A stretch of 63,493 nt of DNA, counting the filler, from Choristocarpus tenellus KU-1152 (lineage: Eukaryota > Protista > Phaeophyceae), in assembly GCA_964200185.2 (NCBI GenBank). It is 12 parts of 12 records of this genome, joined end to end, with 100 filler letters (N's around TTAATTAATTAA, not from the genome) between each part and the next. Parts side by side here need not be neighbours in the genome. Positions count along the whole stretch, not along the records: positions 1 to 16,288 come from CAXNAD020000848.1; positions 16,389 to 19,517 come from CAXNAD020022114.1; positions 19,618 to 23,183 come from CAXNAD020019226.1; positions 23,284 to 26,762 come from CAXNAD020019751.1; 8 more parts are not named here. One strand, given 5' to 3'. The notes below the pieces were generated by a model. That model ran no database searches, had not been told where the DNA came from, and saw only the letters and a list, made by a program, of their open reading frames with translations. The position numbers and the translations under genes were made by a program. This document shows, piece after piece, positions 13,629 through 23,354 of the stretch. Position 1 is the stretch's first letter, and each line of letters begins with the position of its first letter.

Positions 13629-14719
13629 GGTAGTCTTCGAGTAGGTTCTTTACAATGATTCATCTGTGAGGAAAGGGGAAGATTAAGAGACGCCCAAAGG
13701 TCAACCGCACAATCAACAGTTAATATGGTTGCAGTTTTCTGTACATGATGGGAAATGTGGCTAAATAGTATTAACAGTCGGACAATAGAATGAGGAAAGG
13801 GTCACTTTGGTCGAAGTTGAGAGGTAGACCTTGAATATGTAAGACCACAACCCAACCCTACCAATTCGCTTAATCTCAAAGAAATATATATGCATCAATA
13901 GCTTTGTTCCTCTTTAGAGAGGATTGATTGCAGAGGTTTTGTTGTCGTGGTAGTTACTCTTGTCCATACCTCATCTCATTAGCACATCAAAAGAACTTCT
14001 TGCTAATCTAGAAGAACGGTTAAAGTGTGTAAAATACTCACCATAATGTATATGGCACTTAGTTGCCTTGATCATCTTCTTGTCAAGCTCAGCAGTGACA
14101 GTAGCGCATGTGCTGTTAAACTCTTGTGTTGGTCAAGGAATATACTAGTGTTAATTTTCAGTAGCACTCTCCTACCCACACTTCAAAAGTATATGGTGAT
14201 GTCTTCATGGCCATGACTCGACCAATATCACTTTATAGTTCTGTGCTAGTTTTGTTATCGAGGTATACCTGGTAAACACTTGACATACCGTTACCGCTTG
14301 AATTGACAACATGAAAATTGTATTGCCACTGTTCAAGAAATTGATGTTCCCCAGACTTAAGTATGTATTGATTCGATCAATTACTCATTGTGTGTATCAG
14401 TTGTACATGAACTAAGGAAGAGAAAAGGAGGAGTGAACATTCAAGCCCAAGGGAGAAAGGGTGTGCAAAACAGAACAAGAGTAAGGTGTACCTTATTTTG
14501 TGTACCTAGATATTATCATTTTGATTTGAGTCCATGTGATGTAACTAATGAGAGGATATCAGAATTATAAATGGAATATGCGTGGTTTTTTATTTGAATT
14601 CAAATACTTTGATTTAATTGTTGGCTTCTGTAGAAAGCACAAATAATAAAAAAACAATGAGATGACACCCCATAAAGGTCACTCTTCTAATCTCAACCAT
14701 GTAATCACATTCAGCAAAG

Positions 14720-14832
14720 AACAACCGATTTCAAAAATTGAGGATGGGCTTGACAAATAAAAAAAACATATCGACACTTTATCCCAGTCAATTTTGGGTC
14801 AAGCCCATCCTCAATTTTTGAAATTGGCTGTT
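14720..14832. mobile_element. MITE-like element, family A (~35-bp terminal inverted repeats)
   Basis: aacaaccgatttcaaaaattgaggatgggcttgac (14720-14754) is the reverse complement of gtcaagcccatcctcaatttttgaaattggctgtt (14798-14832) with 2 mismatches. Related ends at 23284-23354 and 42062-42137. Confidence 0.8.
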
Positions 14833-15890
14833 AAAGGGGGTCGTTTGAGGCTTCACACCTTATCTTTATTAATAAATAGCATTACCTCCCAAGGTAAATT
14901 TGCACAAGGGTGTCATTGCCACATTATCAATTCTATTCTCTAAATGACTGAACAAACTGATCACAGATTATTTCCCACAATGCTTCCTATTATTCCTGAA
15001 CTTTTCCATATTCTAGTTCTTGAAGCCTCACTCTTGCCTTCCTTTTTGCATGGTTTATCATCAGTCAGTCGCCTCTAGGATGATAACAATCTCGTGGGGT
15101 TTTTATAGGTTGTGCAACGAGTTCGACGACGATCAGCATAATATCGACTGAAAACGTTTGACCAAAGCTATAGATAATAGAAAGGAATTCTTTGAGAAAA
15201 TGTTTTTGGAATGGTTATATTTTCACCAAAAGTTTTTGCCACAACCTTCCTCTGATTAAATCGATAGCTTAGATCCAAAGCTTTCATGTGATAAGGTGGT
15301 ACTAGTAGCTTCGCCCTCTGTGGCAGTTCAGCTTTTTTTCACCACATTGCCACAACAGATATGCAACAAGGTATGTATCAAACAAAAACTTAAGACTTTA
15401 TTTTGAAGGTTTGTATGCAGGAACGTAGATACTTCAGTAAACGGGAAATATGTCCCGATCAAATACTAATGGAAAAAAAACGCCGGGGACTATATCCGGT
15501 GCCATTTTGAAGGTCACAACTTCAAAACGGACAATACTGAAGTGGTTGGCTGAACTCCTTGCAGAAACCTGGTCCAGGGTAGGTCGTTGCCCAAGTTTGG
15601 CCTGTGCGACGCACCCAAAAAAAAAGCAGAAAAAACCCCCACGATATTCCTCTTTTTAACGCCTTTTCCAGACTTTCTGTGAGCACACCCACACGTCACT
15701 TACACAACAACATGAACCGTGGCAGAGAGACAAGGAGAGGCGCCGAGGTCACTCTGCCCTCTGGATCTACCTTCGGCACCTTAACTGTCGAGAGGGATCG
15801 AAAAAAACAAGTACTGTGCGAAACTCAGTGCAATGATAGGTGACGAGAAAGTGCGAGTAGTGTGGCGCAGCAGTATGATCAAATCGCGAA

Positions 15891-16042
15891 ATGGACCACG
15901 CGGCTGCGACACTGACGCTGAGAGAAGATCATGTAAAGCATTACCACACAAACGTGGTTGGATCTTCAACCACGTCGGAGTACTGCTCTGCAGTCTCTGC
16001 CGCCTTGGGAAAGCAGGAAGAGAGCAGCGAGTTCATCACCAG
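15891..16042 (+). CDS. Possible first coding exon of an unidentified gene
   Basis: MDHAAATLTLREDHVKHYHTNVVGSSTTSEYCSAVSAALGKQEESSEFIT followed by AG|gtgcgg, in a locally GC/CpG-rich segment. The contig ends at 16288. Confidence 0.3.
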
Positions 16043-16288
16043 GTGCGGTACAATGACGAGTCTGTGGAGAAGTCTGGTCACAGCGGGTGGGTGAAGATGT
16101 CCCAGAATGACTGAGCAATGTCACAGCAGAGAAATGGATCAGTCAGAATTGGAATGGATCTTCGTTCTGACAGTCGATTTTAGCTGTTTGGTCAAATCCG
16201 GATCTTATGGTTGTGGTTAGTTTATTGGACTGGTTGGTATGGGTGAGTTCAAATGACGTGGTGTGTCATGGTGGGGTGCTTCCCCGAG

Positions 16289-16388
16289 NNNNNNNNNNNN
16301 NNNNNNNNNNNNNNNNNNNNNNNNNNNNNNNNTTAATTAATTAANNNNNNNNNNNNNNNNNNNNNNNNNNNNNNNNNNNNNNNNNNNN
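16289..16388. other. Artificial contig-joining spacer (first of 11)
   Basis: 44 N + TTAATTAATTAA (stops in all six frames) + 44 N. Same spacer at 19518-19617, 23184-23283, 26763-26862, 29713-29812, 32835-32934, 42501-42600, 45255-45354, 52245-52344, 56632-56731, 60100-60199. A separate 10-N scaffold gap is at 17483-17492. Confidence 0.98.
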
Positions 16389-16411
16389 CCCTGTCTTTTT
16401 TTTTTTCCTTC

Positions 16412-16457
<46 letters not shown>

Positions 16458-17101
16458 TTGTAGTTAGTTGCCCACTGTGGAATGTTGTAAAACAAAATAT
16501 TTTTCAACTTGGAATTTTAAAAAATCGGATCGGGAAGAGGTTGAGTATCTCTGAGCGAAGTGACAAGGTGTCATGTTAAGCGATGGTAATGCGGAGTGCT
16601 TGTCGAATTGTTCGTGTTGCGCTCGAGGGAGAACAAAAAAGTCTAGAGGATTACTCTTCATGACTTTGCAGATCTGAGTAGGGAGGTCCAAAGTCATGAA
16701 GAGTGAAGTGTGTAGTGAGTTGTTGGTGGTGGTGGTGGTGATGTCACACCTTGTGATGAGTAGTGTGTGTGACCCTCTGAGTCACTGAATAGTTACAGCT
16801 CCTTTCTGCTTTTATTATTATTATTATTATTGTTATTATTATTGTCGTCAGTTACTTAGGGTTAGGGTTATTCCGATTGGTTGAGAACTGAAGCCGATTG
16901 AGCCATCTCGATTGACTGCACTATAGAAATACTACATATTTTATTTTTATTATTATTATTATTATTATTTTACTTTATTTCAATTTTAAGTGAAAAAGAT
17001 ATATAAATGATGTGACATGTTGTGCATTGCCTCTTGAAAAATTGATACATACATACATACATACATACATATGTTTATTTTTTGTGTATGTGCTGCTGAA
17101 G

Positions 17102-17363
17102 ATAAGTCCAGATAAGAAGCGTCTAGTGGTGTGTGACAGTGCTGGCATGGTGGTACGAGTTTTCGATCGGAACACCACCAGTGGCGCTCTTTCACCTGGA
17201 CAGGTCATCGATATACCTTACGGATACCACGCTGACAATCTAGAATTGGATCCATTTGCAGGTTTGATACTTATCCATCACAAACAATTTATATCCTCAA
17301 TGTATATATATATACATTTATGTACCACTAGATGCTTGCTTTTTACTCTTTAAATGATTATTT

Positions 17364-17408
<45 letters not shown>

Positions 17409-18790
17409 ATTTTAGTTCTGGGAGGGGGGGGGGGGGGGGGGTGGCTTTGTGTTTGGTTGTGTTACGGAAAAGGATAATTTTTNNNNNNNNNNTATTTTTT
17501 TTTTTTTTCCTTTTTTGTTTCTCTTCCTCCCTCCTTCTTTCTTTTTTTTTTTTTTTTGGTGGGGGGGGGGGGGGGGGGGGTTGCTGCCATTGTGTTTGTG
17601 TGTGTTACGAAAAAGTATAATTTATTTTATATTTACATATGTATAGCCGGTGTGTCCTCACTTAAAATATAAATATATGCTGTAGTGATGAGACTCTCGC
17701 CTTCCATGAAAAAGAATAAAAATAACCTAGTTGGATAGATGTGCAGCACTTGACCGGGGGGGGTTTTCAGTTTTGTAGTCGCTTCTTTTTTTTTCATCTT
17801 TTTTTAGTTTTAGAATGGTGTGTGCTGTTGATTTTTTAATTATTGTAGTGTTAGGGGGGATGAGAGACAGGGGAGAGGGGGCCCTAGTGTCTGTCTTAGG
17901 ATGGTGTGGTTGGGATTTGACTCTCATTGTCTCTGTTTGAGTAGGATCTATTTGTTGGAACGACTTGAGTAGTGTATATCCTACTCAAGTGTGTATCCCT
18001 CGAAGGCGTGTCTATGTGGTCTATATGTGGCTTGTATGTGCATGGTCGTGACGGAGCCAGTGTGTAACAGCAACCTGATTTATATTTTTTTTAGAAATGT
18101 AAATTGTCTTCGGTATATAGAACAGAATATTTTGGTTATAGATGGTGAGAAAAAAAGGAAATGATGATTATTTATTTTTTTAATTATTTTTGAACGATAA
18201 CCCTGCTCCTCTTGATAAAATAATGTTCTTTGCATATTTTGGGATAAATTGGTTGGGTGATGGATGAGTAAGAAAGCCGGTTATTTTTTGTTGACAAAAG
18301 GTGAGAATATAATAATAATAATAATAATAATAACTGCTAAGAGGTTCTAGTAGTATGCAAGGTTATGTTTCACCAAGTTGGAGTATCTTGATGAAAACTT
18401 TGTGTGGTTGGGTGGGTGTTCTGTGGCGCTATGTAGCAATCTACTGTGTAACAACTCCCCCATGGGTGAGAGACTGGTCATGAGTTGACTTTCTTGTGTT
18501 TCACAAGTCAGTGGAGAAGTAATATGTACAGGTGTTTTATGTGAAAGTTGAAGGAGCGGTGACAGTGTAAGAATTTTTTTTCCAATACACAGGAATCTTG
18601 TACCAGTAATTCTGATTTTCCAATACAACCTTGGTAGTCGTATACCCATTATCTTCAGGTATCAGTCACCATTATATATGTTATATTTTTTATATCAACA
18701 CGTGTATTGTGCATGTATGTATTGCTTGTCCCTAACCCTAACCTTTCCCTAAACCAAGGCATTGTGGAAGCTCCGGCAGCGGTGTACTGG
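17102..18790 (+). CDS. Paraoxonase/arylesterase-like (six-bladed beta-propeller) protein, internal exons
   Basis: Exon 17102-17261 ISPDKKRLVVCDSAGMVVRVFDRNTTSGALSPGQVIDIPYGYHADNLELDPFA resembles the PON segment ISPDxKxxxx...VDNxxxDP. A phase-compatible mini-exon 18759-18790 (GIVEAPAAVYW) is less certain. Confidence 0.7.
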
Positions 18791-18808
18791 GTGACACGGC
18801 CCCTTTTG

Positions 18809-18903
18809 TGTTCTATGACCCTTGTTCTATTACCCTTGTTCTATCACCCTTGTTCTATCACCCTTGTTCTATCGCCCTTGTTCTATGACCCTTGTTCCAT
18901 CAC
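18809..18903. repeat. Minisatellite, 14-bp unit (ccttgttctatcac-like), ~7 copies
   Basis: Directly visible tandem units. Confidence 0.85.
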
Positions 18904-19439
18904 CACTCTAGTGTCCAAAACCTGTTGTTGATATCACCCTTAAGGTAGATTTGTTTGATTCAACTTCAAATCGTCCTTTTGCATATCAGTTTGATATCAG
19001 AACCGACGCTCCCCGTGTTTTGTCAGAATGTGTACGTAAGTTTTGTTGGTGGGACTGGCTCTATCTGTATCTCTATCTCTATCTCTCTCTCTCTCATCAA
19101 CGAATTCAAGAGGTGTACCTGTGAAACGTGTAGCAGCTACCTATTTTGTCAACACCCTCTCTCTGTCTTGAAAGGAATGCATTGACTTTGTTCCTTCCAT
19201 GGTGATTTTGTATCTAGTGAGGACAACCTTCAAGCTGTGCAAATCTTGATTGTATTGTTATTATTATTATTATTATTATTGTTGTTGGAAGATTAGTGCG
19301 TCCGTCCGTCCGTCCCCCTCGCCGCTCCTTAGAAATGTTTATTAGGTGATTTTTCATTGGCAATCGGAAAGGTTCCAACTCATAGATATTTTGGTTTGGT
19401 AGGGTTTGATAGGGTACAGATATGATTGGACGTGTACAA

Positions 19440-19517
19440 GGCTCAAAGTATCTGAGTGGGGGGGGGGGGGATTGGCAACTGTCCATTTGGGGCACCATTT
19501 TTCCATGTTGCAATTTT
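19440..19517. mobile_element. MITE family B1, truncated at contig end
   Basis: ggctcaaagtatctg + G-run + ctgtccatttggggcaccatttttccatgttgcaatttt matches the reverse complement of the complete copy at 46259-46439. Confidence 0.8.
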
Positions 19518-19663
19518 NNNNNNNNNNNNNNNNNNNNNNNNNNNNNNNNNNNNNNNNNNNNTTAATTAATTAANNNNNNNNNNNNNNNNNNNNNNNNNNN
19601 NNNNNNNNNNNNNNNNNGTGGCGGTGATGCCATACCACTTGTCCATCAATTTAGCAAATACTT

Positions 19664-19703
<40 letters not shown>

Positions 19704-19817
19704 CTGCGCCCAATCAAATGCAAAACAGGGGAAAAGGAGCAAGTTTCCACTGCATCCGCAGCCTCCTTCCATCCCCCCGCCCCCCCTTCCTTTTGACAGG
19801 CATACAGAGGTCCTGAC

Positions 19818-20885
19818 CTGAAAAGCGATGCCTGCGGGAGTGTTAAAAATTGCCTCCTCATCATTTGGGAGCTCCATGACTGCCACCTCCAGTAACTGCC
19901 TGAGCAGGCGATTGGATGCACACACGAACTCACTTCCCACGGTCTCCACATTACGCACAAGTGAGAGGAGACCCTTCATAGAGAGGAGAGCGGGGAGGGG
20001 AGGGGGGCCGGGAATTAACATGTATCAGGATCCCCATGAATGTTTCACATGGTTATGCAAAGCATGGGGATGGAACTTGACCAAAAAAGCACAACAAGAT
20101 GACTTAGATATGAAGTCAGCCCTGTAGATTGGGCAAGCATTTGAGTATATCCATGCATTGTAAGCAGGACATGCCAAAAAGGGGTTAACCGAACAATCAT
20201 CCCCTCTCTCACCTGTGACAATGTGCATCTGTACTGCTGCTCTGTGCATCCATATATGTGTTTGAGTAGTTATGGTGTTGTTGTTCTGCAAGACATGGTG
20301 TGTTGCATTAGGAAAAATTGATCCTCCATAAAGAGAAAATGCCAAGAATGAGACAAGACAGGCTCTTACCAGAACTGGTGAACCCTCTTCGATTTCCAGG
20401 ATAGAAACATTTGGGCGTTTCGCCTTCCAAAGCTCTCCTTTCAGGCCCTCCCCTACCCCCTGGCCAGGTGTGAACGGCTGATCGGCTTTGCTCCCACCTC
20501 CACCGAGGGCGTAACAAGGTTTACGGTTGATGCAGGATACAATCTGAGGAGAAGGTGGAAATTTGTGCGAGTGGGGTATGGGGTCGACAAAGGAGACATC
20601 TCGATGATGCCACTCCACTTCAAGGGAGAATTGATTGTTGTTCCTCATCCTGTTCACTGACACGTGATACGCCTGAGACGCGGTCCGATCAGACGACAAC
20701 TTCTACACTCACAAGTTCAACCCAAACATATCGAACGTAAGGATGACACGGTAACATTTAAGGGACCCACCATTAAACTGGCGGCAATGGAAGAAAGAGC
20801 GAGTGAAGCTACATGACGACGGGACGATCCCACGTCGTGACAAGCACTCTCCGAGTTGGCTCTCAACGTGGCGGTGGCCTCATTG
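19818..20885 (-). CDS. Uracil phosphoribosyltransferase (UPRT)-like protein with long N-terminal extension, partial
   Basis: Exons 20885-20771, 20702-20370, 19973-19818 (GT-AG, in frame). PNVSILE..SPVL|GLLSLVRNVETVGSEFVCASNRLLRQLLEVAVMELPNDEEAIFNTPAGIAFQ matches the eukaryotic UPRT N-terminus (TIIRD..T.R.DF.FY.DRL.RLL.E..L..LP......TP.G). The 3' part is not seen before the contig edge. The 5' exons (~21000-21215) are unresolved. Confidence 0.75.
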
Positions 20886-21525
20886 CTGCAACTTGATGGA
20901 AGGAGGAGGGAAATATCAGTATCAAGAGTTGCAACCTAATAGGCAGTGCCCAAGCAGGATGAGGCACCAAAATACCAAAAAGATTTGTACTTCACAGGAC
21001 CAGAGTGACTTCTACTTGTCCCAGAGCTGTAGAAGATAAAAACGAGGAGCAACTCCAGCGGTAGGGACCAGGCGCACCAGGCAAAATGACACTATGCCTG
21101 TTGGCTCTTTTAATGCCCCCACCTCCTCCGACCTCCCCTTAGAGAAGGAAATGTGGCACGCTTTACCGTAGAAGAAAGCAGGTAGCGCTGAAGGCGCAGT
21201 GTGAGCATCCCCATTAAAATCGTGGTGTAGGATGCGATGGTTTCGCAAGAGAATGATAGACAAGCTGATAGTAGTAGTAAGAGTATTAGATAGTACTATT
21301 AAAACAAGAAGTACCATTTACAGCAAGGAAAATGAGAGCCAGGAATTGCCGTTTACATCTTCCCAAAATATTATTCATAATACAACAAATAAATGATATG
21401 TGTTGAGACCATTATCCGATTTGGGATCTACAGAAAATCACTTTGTACTTAAGTGGGTTTAAGCTCAGGTGAACAAATGATTCATGTACGAACTGTTACT
21501 CTTTGGGAGTGTCGTTTTCCCCATA

Positions 21526-21566
21526 CTGCAATCAACCTGTACGTTCTACAACTACAACAAAAGATC
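21526..21566. repeat. Dispersed repeat family C (second copy 23790-23830)
   Basis: ctgcaatcaacctgtacgttctacaactacaacaaaagatc vs ctgcaatcaacctgtgtgttctacaacaactacaaaacatc on a different contig. Confidence 0.65.
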
Positions 21567-22476
21567 ATCTAGTTCAATGACCCTGTATCAACCACACGAG
21601 GATGAAGATCACTCAACAACCTCGGTAATGCATTATACCTTCGTTCAATCAAATCGTATAACCACAACCACAACTCAATCTGATTTCCCAAATATCTAAT
21701 CCTGTACACACACCGTATTCCATGACAATCTTGTGTATGTCTACAGTATATTTGGGGTGATTTGATATTTGATTATGTATTATCAAAAAATATATCGATA
21801 TAATATTATGATATTCCTTTTCAATGGTCAAAAAGGGTATATTTTTGTGTCCTTTTCAGGGGTTTTTCTCTATTATTGAGGGGGGATTGAAGTGTTTGAG
21901 AACATATGGATGGAATGAACGGGAAGATTTGAGATTCTTTGGTGTTGGGTGTAAATAAAGAAAATGCACTTTGCCCAGGATATAAAAGTCAGTGATAGAT
22001 CAGTTGAAACGCAAACGTTGTGACCATGGCTATTTGAGTGGGTGTTGTTGATATAGATGATGTATGCTTGAGAGGGTTGGAGAATTGAGTCAAAGTGAGA
22101 GGTATAAAGGGTTCGATTTTAAGGATTCCGAGGAAGGGCAAAGATATGCATTTTGTACAATAATTACAGAAAGAGCCTTTGCTGAATTCTGGTGTCACTT
22201 TGTGTGTAGAACAAGGGATTATCAATTCTGCGTGCACTATTGTGTACATAAAGTAATGAATTGTATCACACAAATTCGCACGATGGACTAGAATGCAAAA
22301 GGGGTCCAAACCTGCCTTCCTCTCGATCGGTTAGACTCTAAATACCACCCTTTCTAATCATTTTTGGACTTCCTTGGCTCGAAATCATGAAGGACATATA
22401 CAGATGTATTTCCAATGAAAATGTTAGGAGGCATGTGTTAATGGAAATTATTTTTATGGTTGTCTAGAACAGGTCC

Positions 22477-22695
22477 CCTTTTTGGAATCTCCCGATACTG
22501 ATGGGAATAATGAGCCCAGTCCATACACATTTGCTTGAGCCACCTTTTGCCATTGAGGCCAGTCCAAGTGATGGGGTGTGGGTCAGACTCATGACCGCCT
22601 TACGATAACCCAGACATAAACGGCGCATTCAAACCAGCAAAGCCCGAAATCGTGTTTTCAGTTCTGACTGGTCGCAACTAATTACAGTGGATATG
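22477..22695. repeat. Dispersed repeat family D (second copy ~50223-50420)
   Basis: Collinear blocks aagtgatg.ggtgtg.gtcagac.ca.gaccg / gacat.aac.g.g.attcaaacca.caaa / gtgttttc..ttctgactggtc.c.ac.aat.ac are shared between two contigs. Confidence 0.75.
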
Positions 22696-23111
22696 TTACA
22701 GGCGAATAGCGCGAGTATCTCTTCCGCGCTTTAACCAGCGCGAGCAGTGTACGCGCGTGGGGAACCCCAAGAGGGGGAACTCCGATTTGCTAAAACGTTG
22801 CTGAATAAAGTCCGTAACTCGGAAAAGTCGCAAGGGTTCCCAGATGGAAAGGTCGCAAAGGTTCCCAGATATGTTCCATTGTCTGTAAACCAAAGAAGCC
22901 CCAACGAGAAATGACGATAAGAGATCCAAAAAACGGCTCCAAATAGCTCAGTTCTTCTGACCTAGGGACCCTCCTTTAACATTCTTACTGATATCGAAGA
23001 ACATAAATTGTCTTATGCTAATTGATTCATTGATAGTACCCCTGTTCTACTGATCTTGTGCAATATAGACTAGTAGTCTATATGGTTTATAGTGTAAAAG
23101 TGAATGAAGTA

Positions 23112-23183
23112 ATGTAACTTGAACTTACAAGCGACTGACGTAGTGTAACTTGAACTTATAAGTGACTGACGTAGTGTAACTGT
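23112..23183. repeat. 31-bp tandem repeat running into contig end
   Basis: gtaacttgaactta(c/t)aag(c/t)gactgacgtagt x2 plus the start of a third. Confidence 0.8.
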
Positions 23184-23283
23184 NNNNNNNNNNNNNNNNN
23201 NNNNNNNNNNNNNNNNNNNNNNNNNNNTTAATTAATTAANNNNNNNNNNNNNNNNNNNNNNNNNNNNNNNNNNNNNNNNNNNN

Positions 23284-23354
23284 CTCCCAGTCAATTTTGG
23301 GTCAAGCCCATCCTCAATGAAAAGCTCCATCCTCAATTTTTGAAATCGGCTGTT
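23284..23354. mobile_element. MITE family A right end at contig start
   Basis: tcccagtcaattttgggtcaagcccatcctcaat...ccatcctcaatttttgaaatcggctgtt matches 14782-14832. Confidence 0.8.

Noticed and set aside
16289-16388. Recurrent TTAATTAATTAA palindrome as a biological repeat, or cross-contig gene clustering
   Set aside because: Always centred in exactly 44+44 N, so it is an artificial linker. Neighbouring genes are not physically linked.
17354-17630. Apparent direct duplication around the 10-N gap
   Set aside because: Two error-rich versions of the same poly-T/poly-G segment flanking a scaffold gap, most likely an unmerged overlap.
17963-17990. 10-bp perfect hairpin (also a 9-bp one at 62451-62472) as terminator or ncRNA
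   Set aside because: Isolated intronic stems in a eukaryote, with no second copy or other support.
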